A stretch of 63,429 nucleotides of DNA, filler included. It is 5 parts of 5 records of this genome, joined end to end, with 100 filler letters (N's around TTAATTAATTAA, not from the genome) between each part and the next. Parts side by side here need not be neighbours in the genome. Positions count along the whole stretch, not along the records: positions 38,409 to 49,830 come from DRR723986_16279; positions 49,931 to 63,429 come from DRR723986_16490; 3 more parts are not named here. One strand, written 5' to 3'. Within the stretch, counting starts at the first letter, position 1, and the number at the start of each line of letters is the position of its first letter. The notes beneath the pieces are model-generated. The model saw nothing but the letters and a program-made list of their open reading frames with translations, searched no databases and was not told the origin of the DNA. Shown piece by piece: positions 40,751 through 50,601 of this stretch. The position numbers and the translations under genes were made by a program.

Positions 40751-41968
40751 ATGTCAAAGGTGACTTATCATCTTTCTCTTCTGTCCAAGGAAACGAACCA
40801 GCCCATTCGCGGCTTTACCGCCATAGTCCATGCCTGGGGCACGGGGGGGGGCGTTTCGGTGGGCGACATACTCTTTGCCGAAAGCCCTCTTCATGCGGGG
40901 ACCGATGCCCCGCTGGCAATCTCGCTAGATCAGGTTTCGAGCGGCGAAAACGGGGTGGCCAAGCTGACACTGAGAGGACCCATCTCGGGCGACCCGGGCG
41001 ATCCCGTCGCCTATGAAACCTATGTCGTCCTGCGCCGCCGTGCCTCGAGCGACGTGGTTCTTACCTTCCAAGACTGCAAAGAACTAAGCGCCGCTCAGCG
41101 CCCGCCCCTTGCGGCCACGCAAGAAGCTTTCGATCCGCACGAAGCCGCGCTTTCCGAAGACCTTTTTACCGCCAAAGAAGCCGTGGATGCTGGCAACAAG
41201 TCGCAGGAAGCCAAGTTCGCAGCCACGGCGACGGTACTTGGGCTGCGCCCCGAGCACGTGGCGCCCGACTGGTATGGCGTGTCCGATCTGACCTGTCACA
41301 CGATCTATGCGCGGATTGCCGATCTTGGACTGCCGCACACGGGCGACAAGACGGTCCAATTGCACTATCCCGGCACTCCGAACGGAGTCACCGTGCCCTA
41401 CCCCCTGTCGCGTAGTCTCCAATCGCCGACAGTGCTGAATGCGCGGGCGCGAACCGGCCGGATCTGGATGATCCTGCGGGACGCTGTATCTGGGGTGGTC
41501 GAGCAGAAAATCTGGCTCGACGTGGCGCGAAGCCAGACGCAGGAAGTCGTACTGATTTCCGGCAACGTGCCGCAGGTGCCAAATACGAAAGAGGCCTGGT
41601 TGCCAGTACCGCGCCCGCTGCGTTTTTTATTCCGGGGGCAATGGTACGAAGGCAACGATCCTGTGATTGAGCACTACAACTCGATCTACAACGAGGCGGC
41701 GGACAAGGCCTCTCACCTCACATCGGTCATCCCCGCTGATAGCCAGAAGGCAGCGGAGAAGGCCATCAAGGATCGCAATCCAGTGGCAAATAATATCCGG
41801 GCTATCCGGTTCCGGGATGTGCGCGAACAGGTAGAGTTCACGATTTCTGCGCACCCAGCCAACCCACGCCATTGGAGCGCATTCCGTTGGGCCCCCAATA
41901 CGCCCATGCATGGGACGTGGATCCAGACCCGGCTGTTCGTGGACGACGTGTTCGTCACTTGGGACTGA
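40751..41968 (+). CDS. Hypothetical protein (405 aa)
   Basis: Long ORF, GAAGGAG RBS, followed by terminator; no family recognised. Confidence 0.8.
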   Translation: MSKVTYHLSLLSKETNQPIRGFTAIVHAWGTGGGVSVGDILFAESPLHAGTDAPLAISLDQVSSGENGVAKLTLRGPISGDPGDPVAYETYVVLRRRASSDVVLTFQDCKELSAAQRPPLAATQEAFDPHEAALSEDLFTAKEAVDAGNKSQEAKFAATATVLGLRPEHVAPDWYGVSDLTCHTIYARIADLGLPHTGDKTVQLHYPGTPNGVTVPYPLSRSLQSPTVLNARARTGRIWMILRDAVSGVVEQKIWLDVARSQTQEVVLISGNVPQVPNTKEAWLPVPRPLRFLFRGQWYEGNDPVIEHYNSIYNEAADKASHLTSVIPADSQKAAEKAIKDRNPVANNIRAIRFRDVREQVEFTISAHPANPRHWSAFRWAPNTPMHGTWIQTRLFVDDVFVTWD

Positions 41969-42009
41969 ACCAGTCAGCCAGTCAGCAACGACAGCCCATT
42001 GAAAAACAA

Positions 42010-42041
42010 AAAAACGACCAGCGTCCCTGCTGGTCGTTTTT
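42010..42041. terminator. Rho-independent terminator (bidirectional type)
   Basis: AAAAACGACCAGC-GTCCCT-GCTGGTCGTTTTT. Confidence 0.85.
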
Positions 42042-42081
42042 ACGCCGCTTGACTCCGCAGCACTGCGAACTTCGATCTCTA

Positions 42082-42123
42082 ACCCATATGGGTCATGCTG
42101 GTTCGCCTCCTTGTGCCTAGCTT
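42082..42123 (+). promoter_or_regulatory. Shared promoter box, copy 3
   Basis: ACCCATATGGGTCATG-N18-CCTAGCTT. Confidence 0.75.
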
Positions 42124-42202
42124 CGAACCAGTCGCAGCAATACCCCAACTTCTCCCACCCGCTGCGTCCCCTGGAAAAGCCAGCCACTATGAGGATCCCG
42201 AC

Positions 42203-42523
42203 ATGACCCGATTCCACATCAACTGCCTCAAGGCCATTGCCCTCTGCCTGCCCATGGCTACTGCAACCGCCGGCTACGCGCAGAGCTGCCCCAACGGTCA
42301 GACCTTTGATCAAAACACCGGCCACTGCGGCGATACCTTCGGCAGCGGCACTACTTTCGTACAGGAAAGCGGCTCGGGCTGGTGGGTTCAGCCCGCTACG
42401 GATGATATTTCTGAACAGATGCGCAATCAGAGTGGCAACAGTTCCGGCTCGAGTTGTACCGGATGGTTCTGCGGCACCAGCGGATCGTCCACTTCCGGCA
42501 ACGGGTCTTCGATCAGCCAGTAG
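42203..42523 (+). CDS. Small secreted Cys/Gly/Ser-rich protein
   Basis: GAGG RBS; signal peptide ending GYA; CPNGQTFDQNTGHC, GSGWW, CTGWFC, Ser/Gly-rich tail. Confidence 0.75.
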   Translation: MTRFHINCLKAIALCLPMATATAGYAQSCPNGQTFDQNTGHCGDTFGSGTTFVQESGSGWWVQPATDDISEQMRNQSGNSSGSSCTGWFCGTSGSSTSGNGSSISQ

Positions 42524-42871
42524 TCTCTTCAGCCGGGCTGCCTGTTCCGATCTCCCCGCTTGACCTCAGTTATGATCTCCGGGTGATCAACAGGGCCGAC
42601 GCCACGCGATTCCAATGCCATTGTTCGCGCCTTCTGGGCGGCCCGGCTGGTTCTTTAAATCTGATCTGGGCCAAAGATCACAGCTTGTGACAAGAGTGAG
42701 CGTTGCACGCACACCTTTCAGATCGCGAAAAGACTAGTGTCACGGCAGATGTGTTGTGGTTGTCATTCCGGCTTAACCAGATGTTTTCGGGATCCGCTCT
42801 GGATCTTATGGTTGATCTGAAATGCGCCAAGGAAGCACTGCCGGGCCTCAGTCAGCGCTGGCGGAGCTTCG

Positions 42872-43840
42872 TCAACCGTCCTTTGTCTTCGCGGGGGGCG
42901 TGCCATGGGAGTGGAAGGTTTCTATGGTCTTCAACCCCCATGCCTGACCCTTCTTGCGATCTGCCTCTGTCCAGATAACCGGTTCCCAATCGGGTGCCAG
43001 GATCAGTCGGGCGCCCGCATTTGCCAGTTCCACCCGATTGCCCGCCGGTTCCCATACATAAAGGAAAAACGTGCCCTGGATCGCGTGTTTGTGCGGCCCT
43101 GTCTCGATGTGCACTCCGTTCTCAAGGAAGATATCAGCCGCCCGCAGAATGTCCTCACGCTGATCCGTGGCATAGGTAACGTGATGCAGCCGCCCTTGCA
43201 TGCCGCCATGTTCTTCGGTGCAGGCAAGATCATAAGTCTTGTTGTTCACCGTGAACCAGCATCCGCCGATCCGCCCGTTGTCGAGCTGGATCATCTCGGT
43301 CACCCGCGCACCAAGACAGGTTTCCATGAAGCGCCGAAATTCCCTGACATCCTCGCTTAGCAGGTTGAGATGGTCGAGTCGCCGCGGACAGGCGCCGGTT
43401 GCATGAAATTTCGACGCAACGTTCTTCAGCGCCGGGGTCTCTTCAGACCCCGGATCAAAGCGGCGTGTCTGCCAGTACAGTTCGAAAACATGGCCAAACG
43501 GATCGGCAAAACGAAAGGAGCGCCCGTGCCCCAGATCGCCATCGTCCCAACCCAGCACCTCAAAACCAGAAGCCTCGATCGCCGCAACACGCCGCGTCAG
43601 CGCCGCCTCGGAATCCGCCCGATAGGCAATGTGCCCGACCCCGGTCCGATGGTGGCGGGTCAGTTTCAAACTATGAAATTCGTAGTCATCCCATGCGCGC
43701 AGGTAGGCGCTGCGCTCATCCGTACCGGACACAGTCAGCCCGTAGACCCGCGTGAAAAAATCCAGGTTTTCTTCGTATCGGTCCGTGTAGATTTCTACAT
43801 GGCCCAGATGGGCGACGTCATGAAACCCGTCAGTCGACAT
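42872..43840 (-). CDS. VOC-family extradiol dioxygenase (catechol 2,3-dioxygenase-like)
   Basis: HLGHVE, YLRAWDD, RLDHLN, RLHHV, GPHKHAI, FLYVWEPAGNRVE. Confidence 0.9.
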   Translation of the reverse strand: MSTDGFHDVAHLGHVEIYTDRYEENLDFFTRVYGLTVSGTDERSAYLRAWDDYEFHSLKLTRHHRTGVGHIAYRADSEAALTRRVAAIEASGFEVLGWDDGDLGHGRSFRFADPFGHVFELYWQTRRFDPGSEETPALKNVASKFHATGACPRRLDHLNLLSEDVREFRRFMETCLGARVTEMIQLDNGRIGGCWFTVNNKTYDLACTEEHGGMQGRLHHVTYATDQREDILRAADIFLENGVHIETGPHKHAIQGTFFLYVWEPAGNRVELANAGARLILAPDWEPVIWTEADRKKGQAWGLKTIETFHSHGTPPAKTKDG

Positions 43841-44879
43841 AAACCATCCCGTCCATCAGCTTACGCGCCGTGCGCAGAATTGCGGCGGAGGTGACGTCAC
43901 CATTATCCTCAACCTGCGCCAGCACCGTGACAACGCCGGTCGGATGCTCCACAGCCAGCGCCTTTTCAGTCCCACTCGGCACCGTGGCCATCTCAGCGGC
44001 AGGCGATCCGGGCAACAAACAGGCCGTTGCCACACTGACCGCCCCCAAGACCCCAATCGAGGCATGGCAGCGATGCGGGATGAAGGTCCGTGTCGCAATC
44101 GCACCGCCAGAACGGGCTGCGCTGACCATGGTCATCTTCGGCACCGTCTTGTCGGCCACATCGCCAAGACTCATCAATGGCCCGCAGGCCAATCGGATGC
44201 TTTCGAGCCGCGCCTTCAATTGCGTGTCCGCATCCAGCGTCTCGCGGCTTTCTTGCCCAGTGATCCCCATATCGGCCGCGCGCAGCACAACGACCGGCAT
44301 TCCGTTGTCGATCATCGTGACTTCGACACCCTCGACGACATCCATCACGTTTCCCGTTGGCAGCAGAGCCCCGCAGGTCGACCCTGCTGTCCCGACAAAC
44401 TCCAACGGTACCGGCGCGGCTGTCCCCGGCACCCCGTCTATGGCAGCATCCCCGGCATAGATTGGCCTGCCATCCGGTGTTTCCACTGTGGCGATAGCGG
44501 TTTGACCGGTGTTTTCCATGAAGATCGTGACACGCGTCTGCCCGTCCTGCCCCTGCACCAACCCGCGCTCGATGGCGAAGGGGCCAACACCCGCAAGGAT
44601 GTTGCCGCAATTCTGTCCGTCAGAGACGACCGGTTGATCTACGACCACCTGAAGAAAGAGATAGTCGACATCGACCCCCGCCCGGTCGGATCGTTTCACG
44701 ACGGCCACCTTGGACGTTAGCGGATCTGCACCGCCAATCCCGTCGATCTGGCGCGGATCGGGGCTGCCCATTACTCGCAAAAGGAAGTTGTCCCGATCTT
44801 CTGGCAGGTTGTCTTCCAGCAGATACACCCCCTTGGATGTACCGCCACGCATCCACATGGCCCGCACACCGTCAGCCAT
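43830..44879 (-). CDS. galD: 4-oxalomesaconate tautomerase (PrpF fold)
   Basis: WMRGGTSKG, GSPDPRQIDG, TSKVA, QNCGN, RCHASIG, EHPTG, LRTARKLMDG. Confidence 0.93.
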   Translation of the reverse strand: MADGVRAMWMRGGTSKGVYLLEDNLPEDRDNFLLRVMGSPDPRQIDGIGGADPLTSKVAVVKRSDRAGVDVDYLFLQVVVDQPVVSDGQNCGNILAGVGPFAIERGLVQGQDGQTRVTIFMENTGQTAIATVETPDGRPIYAGDAAIDGVPGTAAPVPLEFVGTAGSTCGALLPTGNVMDVVEGVEVTMIDNGMPVVVLRAADMGITGQESRETLDADTQLKARLESIRLACGPLMSLGDVADKTVPKMTMVSAARSGGAIATRTFIPHRCHASIGVLGAVSVATACLLPGSPAAEMATVPSGTEKALAVEHPTGVVTVLAQVEDNGDVTSAAILRTARKLMDGMVYVD

Positions 44880-44926
44880 GTCGCGCTCGCAAAACCTTCG
44901 TAAGAACCGAGGCCAATCCATAAGAT

Positions 44927-45604
44927 TTAGACATAGCGCAAACCCTTTTCGGCAAGCCTGCCGCGCATGTCGTACATGTCCAGCCCCAATTCACCAGCGG
45001 CAAGGCGTTGGCGCTTCATGTCTTCGTTGGAAATCCTCGAAAGAGCCTCTTCCAGCACGGTGTCCGCATCGGCGCGCTTCACAACGCAGACCCCGTCATC
45101 GTCGGCCAACACGACGTCCCCCGGGTCTACGACAGCGCCTGCACAGACGACCGGCACATTGACCGAGCCGAGCGTCTCTTTCACCGTACCCTGCGCCCCG
45201 ATGGCCTTGGACCACACCGGGAAGCCCATCTGCTCTAGCTCCGCCACATCGCGCACGCCCGCGTCAATGATCAGTCCCCGGCATCCACGCGTCTGCGCCG
45301 ACGTGGCGAGCAGATCCCCAAAGTAGCCCGCGTCCGAAGGCGAGGTGGTCGCCAGCACCAGGATGTCACCCGGTTTGATTTGTTCGATGGCGACATGAAC
45401 CATCCAGTTATCGCAGGGAGGCGCGAGGATCGTGACGGCGGATCCCGCGATGGATGCCCGTGGATAGATCGGGCGCATGTAGCTTGCCAACAGCCCCGAG
45501 CGCCCCTGCGCCTCGTGCACCGTCGCAACCCCGCATTTCGCCAGCGCGTCGATGGTCGCCGAAGCTGCGCGCGCGATGTTCTGGACGACGACGCCTCCCA
45601 TCAC
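44927..45604 (-). CDS. galC: 4-carboxy-4-hydroxy-2-oxoadipate aldolase (RraA-like, LigK/GalC)
   Basis: [48 protein letters not shown]. Confidence 0.93.
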   Translation of the reverse strand: MMGGVVVQNIARAASATIDALAKCGVATVHEAQGRSGLLASYMRPIYPRASIAGSAVTILAPPCDNWMVHVAIEQIKPGDILVLATTSPSDAGYFGDLLATSAQTRGCRGLIIDAGVRDVAELEQMGFPVWSKAIGAQGTVKETLGSVNVPVVCAGAVVDPGDVVLADDDGVCVVKRADADTVLEEALSRISNEDMKRQRLAAGELGLDMYDMRGRLAEKGLRYV

Positions 45605-46332
45605 AATTCATCCACTGTGCGCGGGAAGACCGACTCGAACCCTTCGGCATATTTGGCTGCCCGTCCGCCTGCCTGCCCGCCCGAGTTGCGCCGAAAATGG
45701 TTGCCCCGGTTCTCGGCAACGTTGCTGTAGAAGTCCCACAGATGGTGCTGGCCTTCCATGCATTCGATCGCCGCACGCTTCTGATCCCAAACCTCTGTAA
45801 TGTCGAGGAACGTGTCCGGTTTCCAGCCCATCTGTTCGGTCTGGTGCGGCTCGAAGAGGTAAAGTTGCGGGGCGCCGAGAACCTTTTCCCCGGGATTGTG
45901 ACCCCAGGCCTGCGCGATCATCCGCACCTCCAGCGCGACCTCGGTCGCATGCATGTGGTCAGTGTTGTAGGGGTCATACTTGGAATGGCTCAGCATGAAC
46001 CGGGGCTGCACTGCACGAACCAGATCCACAAGCTTCATCTTGGCATCATGGTCTACAACAAGCGGGTAGTCGCCCAGATCGAAAAAACGGATATCGTGGA
46101 CATTCAAGGCCTTGGCAGCGTTCTCGGCCTCTTTATGGCGGATGGCCTTCACCTCGTCGGGGCTCTTGCCTTCCTTCCACAACCGCGCGCTTTCGCCCCG
46201 CTCTCCGTAAGACAGGCATGCAACCGTTACCTCGTAACCCATCTTTTGGTGCAATGCGATTGCGCCGCCGCAACGCCACACGAAATCGGCTGCATGCGCC
46301 GATATGACCAACGCCGTTTTCTGTTCCACCAT
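45601..46332 (-). CDS. galB: 4-oxalomesaconate hydratase (PIG-L family)
   Basis: [38 protein letters not shown]; real start MVEQK inside a longer computed ORF. Confidence 0.93.
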   Translation of the reverse strand: MVEQKTALVISAHAADFVWRCGGAIALHQKMGYEVTVACLSYGERGESARLWKEGKSPDEVKAIRHKEAENAAKALNVHDIRFFDLGDYPLVVDHDAKMKLVDLVRAVQPRFMLSHSKYDPYNTDHMHATEVALEVRMIAQAWGHNPGEKVLGAPQLYLFEPHQTEQMGWKPDTFLDITEVWDQKRAAIECMEGQHHLWDFYSNVAENRGNHFRRNSGGQAGGRAAKYAEGFESVFPRTVDEL

Positions 46333-46437
46333 GTGACCTCCGCGCGGATTTTCTTGGGGGAAACGGTGCTTCACCAAAATCGAAAAGACCACTTCAAAGG
46401 CTGGAAATAGATATTCAAAAAAGCTATTGCCTGCGAT

Positions 46438-47661
46438 ATGAAAGCCAGTTCTCTCAATCTTCGCCATCTCCGTGCGCTCAAGGCCGTACACCACACCGGC
46501 AGCATTACCAAGGCGGCGGATATGGTGTTTCTGTCTCAACCTGCGATCACCCAAGGCATCGCCAAACTGGAGATCGCATTCAGGTCGAAGCTTTTTGTCC
46601 GGGGCCGGTCTGGCATGACGCCCACACCGGCAGGCGAGGCCGTTGCGCGCCGCGTGGAACGGGCGTTGGCGATACTTGCAGACGGGTGCCGACAAGCCGC
46701 ACAACGGGCCAAGGCCCGGTGCGATGGCGCGTTTGATCTGTCCGTAACTGCCAACCAATTGCGGGCGTTGGATGCAATGGCCCGACACGGCAGCTTTTCC
46801 GGCGCCGCCCGTGATCTTCAGGTGGCTCAGCCCTCGCTTCATCGGATCGCGAGAGATCTCGAACACCTCGCCGGGTTTCCGCTTTATGAGAAAACCAGTG
46901 CGGGCATTGCGTTGACGCCGGGCGCGAAAATCCTCAATCGCGCGGCGAAGCTGACCTTTGCTGAATTGAGGCAGGCAATCGACGAGGTTCGCGGGCATGG
47001 GGCCCGGCTTGCCACCGATTTGATTGTTGGCAGCCTGCCGCTTCCCCGCGCCCAACTTCTGCCATCCGCCATCGCACGCCTTGCCGCCGATGCACCCGAT
47101 ACCGTGATCCGCGTGATCGACGGCCCCTACGCAGACCTGCTCGAAGGTTTGCGGGAAGGGGATCTCGACATGATTGTCGGGGCTTTGCGAGCACCGGCGC
47201 CCGACGAAGTGGATCAGATCCCGCTTTTTACAGACCGATTGGGAATTTACTGTGGCCCCAGCCATCCCTTGGCGGGGAAATCCGATCTCCGGCTCTCGGA
47301 TCTTTGCGGGTTTGGTTGGGTTGTTCCGAGGCACCCCACCCCGACCCGTGCAATTTTCGATGCCGTTTGCGAAGCGGCAGGGCTGTCGGCAGATGTGGCG
47401 GTCGTGGAAACAAGTTCCATGATCCTTGTTCGGGGATTGCTGGGTGTGTCGGATCGCCTGACCATGCTGTCACAACACCAGGCAGCGACCGAGATGCGCG
47501 CGGGGCATCTGTACCTGCTTGACCTGCGCTTCGAGGATCTGGGCCGCCCCATTGGCATATCGGTGCGCCAGGATTGGTCCCCAACACCGACACAAACGCT
47601 GTTTATCAGCCATCTGAAGGACACCGCACGGGCCTATGAAGCTGCGGTTGGGTCCGTGTGA
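46438..47661 (+). CDS. galR: LysR regulator with two HTH domains (GalR-type)
   Basis: GSITKAA..LSQPAIT and GSFSGAA..VAQPSLHR HTHs plus substrate domain; divergent from galB. Confidence 0.88.
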   Translation: MKASSLNLRHLRALKAVHHTGSITKAADMVFLSQPAITQGIAKLEIAFRSKLFVRGRSGMTPTPAGEAVARRVERALAILADGCRQAAQRAKARCDGAFDLSVTANQLRALDAMARHGSFSGAARDLQVAQPSLHRIARDLEHLAGFPLYEKTSAGIALTPGAKILNRAAKLTFAELRQAIDEVRGHGARLATDLIVGSLPLPRAQLLPSAIARLAADAPDTVIRVIDGPYADLLEGLREGDLDMIVGALRAPAPDEVDQIPLFTDRLGIYCGPSHPLAGKSDLRLSDLCGFGWVVPRHPTPTRAIFDAVCEAAGLSADVAVVETSSMILVRGLLGVSDRLTMLSQHQAATEMRAGHLYLLDLRFEDLGRPIGISVRQDWSPTPTQTLFISHLKDTARAYEAAVGSV

Positions 47662-47724
47662 CGGGTGCATCGGCCACAGCCAATGCGGAACCTCGATCCT
47701 GACCACAGACCATCGCGCTATGGT

Positions 47725-48612
47725 TCAGGACTGGTACAGGCCCGGAACCAGCGCCTCCGCCCGCGCCTTCAGCCGGACGGGATCGGTCCCGGGCGGCTCG
47801 GGCGGGCCGTAATACATGTCATAGCTTCCGCCAAGCTTGGCCAGCAGCTCGGACATGTATCGCAGGGACGCAACAAGACGCCCGAAATCGTCATTGTTAC
47901 CGCTCAGGCGTCGGGCAAGGTTTCGGGTTCGGTAATAGTGGCGCGAATTGCGCATGTCGGGTGAGGCCGGAATGATCGGCGCTTCGCAGGCCGCTGAAAT
48001 CCGGGTGATGCCGCTACGCCAGGGCGGTTCTACCAGGCGGTCCGCCTGAACCCCCGGCACCTTGCCCGATCCGAAGACCAATAGCGCCCCGTCCGCCTCC
48101 AGATGCGCACGCATTCCGGTCAGCGTCTGCCGTGCGGTCAAGACATGATCCCGCCGGTCGAAATCCACAGCAATGATCCGGTCTGCGCCCAGAAACCGTT
48201 CCGCCTCGCGGTTCGCGACCACCTTCAGATCGGGCCGATGGTTCAACAACACCCCGGCATGGGCGATGAAGTCGAACGTCCCGATCGGATGGGTCGAGCC
48301 GATAACAACGCGCCCTGCCGGGGGGATATTGTCCAGCCCATGCGGCGTCAGCCGGGTGCCCCCGTTCAGGGACAGCAGCATGTCCACCAGATCCTTGCCC
48401 ACACGACCGTCAAGAATGCGCAAGGTATCCTCGGCCTCACGAAGGGCAAAGAAGGCCTGTCCCGTCAGGCCGCGACTGATAGCATCCACCGACTGCATGG
48501 CCATGCGCAGAGCCAGAAGACGATAATGCGCCCCGTCCGCAACCCGCAACCGGGCACGCAGCAGATCATCCATCGGTCTGGTCCGGCGCTGCCGCGGGGC
48601 TTTCGAATGCAT
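47725..48612 (-). CDS. Lysophospholipid/lyso-ornithine-lipid acyltransferase family (start may be 48573)
   Basis: GLDNIPPAGRVVIGSTHPIGTFD (Hx4D), RPDLKVVAN, LVFGSG, PWRSG. Confidence 0.8.
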   Translation of the reverse strand: MHSKAPRQRRTRPMDDLLRARLRVADGAHYRLLALRMAMQSVDAISRGLTGQAFFALREAEDTLRILDGRVGKDLVDMLLSLNGGTRLTPHGLDNIPPAGRVVIGSTHPIGTFDFIAHAGVLLNHRPDLKVVANREAERFLGADRIIAVDFDRRDHVLTARQTLTGMRAHLEADGALLVFGSGKVPGVQADRLVEPPWRSGITRISAACEAPIIPASPDMRNSRHYYRTRNLARRLSGNNDDFGRLVASLRYMSELLAKLGGSYDMYYGPPEPPGTDPVRLKARAEALVPGLYQS

Positions 48613-48809
48613 GATTATTCCAATGCCTTAAGTCGGTTGCCCGGTCAGGCTAACACGCGGGCAGAGCATGTAAACCACCCGCACAGGGGGAACCCGGCCT
48701 TCGGACAGCGCAGCGAACAGCAGTTCCAATGGCGTCTCGATCAGGTAATGTGACGGGAGAACATGCGGTCATTCGGTCGAATGCACCCAAAAACGCGGGG
48801 GGACACGCC

Positions 48810-49745
48810 ATGCGCATTCCAGCCAATGCTGGCATCGACGAGGCCATGCTGAGCTTTTCGCCAACAAGCCTTCAGATCCTCAACGCGGTTCTTGCGATTG
48901 TCATGTTCTCGATCGCGATAGATCTGAAGCCATCGGATTTCGGCAGGCTCATGCGCCATCCCAAGCCGCTGCTGACCGGTCTCTTTTCGCAATTCGTGAT
49001 CCTGCCTGCCCTGACCTTCGGCCTGGTGCTTGCCACACAGCCACAGCCCTCTATCGCGCTTGGGCTGATCCTCGTGGCGGCCTGCCCCGGTGGCAATATC
49101 TCCAACTTCATCACCCATCGGGCCGGCGGCAATGCGGCGCTTTCGGTGTCGATGACTGCTGTTGCTACGGTCGCGGCCATCCTTCTGACACCGATCAATA
49201 TCGCCTTCTGGGGCAGCATGTATGAACCGACGCGCGATATCCTCCGTCAGACCTCCATCGACCCTCTGTCGGTTGCGATCACGGTGGGAATGATGCTGGT
49301 TCTGCCGCTCTGCCTCGGGGTGCTGCTGAACATTCGGCGACCTGACATCACGACCCGCATCCGCACGCCTCTGCAATTCCTGTCGATGGGGATTTTCGTG
49401 GCCTTCGTGGTGCTGGCACTTGCTGCCAACTGGGCGCTGTTCCTGCAATTCGCGGGCGCGGTGGCGGCGCTGGTGCTGGCCCATAATGCGCTGGCCTTCG
49501 GGGCAGGATACGCAACCGCATCGGCCATGCGCCTGTCCGCCTTCGACCGGCGCGCAGTGATGATCGAGACCGGAATCCAGAATTCCGGCCTCGGGCTGAT
49601 CCTGATTTTCGGCTTTTTCGGGGGCTTGGGCGGGATGGCCGTCGTCGCCGCCTTCTGGGGCATCTGGCATGCGATTTCAGGGATCACGCTGGCGGCGATC
49701 TTCTCTCGCTACGACGTGCATCCACATCCCACGGGACTGGCCTGA
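48810..49745 (+). CDS. Bile acid:sodium symporter family protein
   Basis: LVAACPGGNISN, GNAALSVSMT, IETGIQNSGLGL; multi-TM. Confidence 0.93.
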   Translation: MRIPANAGIDEAMLSFSPTSLQILNAVLAIVMFSIAIDLKPSDFGRLMRHPKPLLTGLFSQFVILPALTFGLVLATQPQPSIALGLILVAACPGGNISNFITHRAGGNAALSVSMTAVATVAAILLTPINIAFWGSMYEPTRDILRQTSIDPLSVAITVGMMLVLPLCLGVLLNIRRPDITTRIRTPLQFLSMGIFVAFVVLALAANWALFLQFAGAVAALVLAHNALAFGAGYATASAMRLSAFDRRAVMIETGIQNSGLGLILIFGFFGGLGGMAVVAAFWGIWHAISGITLAAIFSRYDVHPHPTGLA

Positions 49746-49795
49746 TACCGGCCCGGCCCCATTGTCAGGGCCGGACCGAATGTCGGGTTTGCCGT

Positions 49796-49830
49796 TCAGA
49801 AGACCACGACGGATCTGATGGATTCGCCTT
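49796..49830 (-). CDS. frmA: Last codons of a class III alcohol / S-(hydroxymethyl)glutathione dehydrogenase
   Basis: Reads GESIRSVVVF* at the contig end. Confidence 0.6.
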
Positions 49831-49930
49831 NNNNNNNNNNNNNNNNNNNNNNNNNNNNNNNNNNNNNNNNNNNNTTAATTAATTAANNNNNNNNNNNNNN
49901 NNNNNNNNNNNNNNNNNNNNNNNNNNNNNN
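49831..49930. other. Artificial contig linker
   Basis: N44-TTAATTAATTAA-N44. Confidence 0.99.
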
Positions 49931-50049
49931 GGGGCGTGGAACTGGGCAAGGAACTGGCCACTGCCCTGCTGCCTATGGTCAAGGGCGAAGTCTCCGCAGA
50001 TTCCAAGGACGCCTCGACCAAAGGCTTGCTTGCCGCCCTGAAAAGTTGA
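49931..50049 (+). CDS. pgi: Glucose-6-phosphate isomerase C-terminus (partial)
   Basis: GVELGKELA...DASTKGLL* signature. Confidence 0.88.
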
Positions 50050-50281
50050 CGCGGGAACCACAACTTTGTTTACGCGTTAATACGTGAGGCGATCTCGTCA
50101 TAATTTTGCCCAACCGGCCCTATCTGGTTCACATCGTTGAAGAACTCTTATTGGTATTCACGATGAACACGGGCCGGCTGCGGCAAACAGAGATTGCCCC
50201 AACGTGCAAAGCAGCTTAGGCTTGGAAAGATTTTATACATTCGACCCGCCGAGGTTGCGGTCCGACAGGGAGACTGATTTC

Positions 50282-50551
50282 ATGAAAAAACTAGTTCTGC
50301 TCGCAGCAGTAGGCCTTGCCCTGGCGGGCTGCCAGTCCGATAGCCAGCGCGACCGCGCCCTCGTAGGCGGTGGTCTTGGCGCGGCAACCGGTGCAGCAAT
50401 CGGCGCTGCGGCAACCGGCGATGTCGGCGGCGCCCTTGTTGGTGGTGCAATCGGTGCGGCCGGTGGTGCAATTGTCGGCAGCGCAACGACTCCGAAGAAC
50501 TGCGTCGCCTACGACCGCTACGGCAATCCTTACCGGGTCGCTTGCCCGTAA
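50282..50551 (+). CDS. Glycine-zipper lipoprotein, copy 1
   Basis: Lipobox LAGC, GxxxG zipper, C-terminus NCVAYDRYGNPYRVACP; GGGAGA RBS. Confidence 0.88.
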   Translation: MKKLVLLAAVGLALAGCQSDSQRDRALVGGGLGAATGAAIGAAATGDVGGALVGGAIGAAGGAIVGSATTPKNCVAYDRYGNPYRVACP

Positions 50552-50601
50552 TCGGGGGCGATCCTTTTTCGTTTCGGTAATAGACCGTTGGGAAGAAAAC
50601 T

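Noticed and set aside
45601-47334. 577-aa ORF suggesting a large GalB fusion
   Set aside because: The extension is the antisense shadow of galR; the real start is at 46332 after a GGAGG RBS
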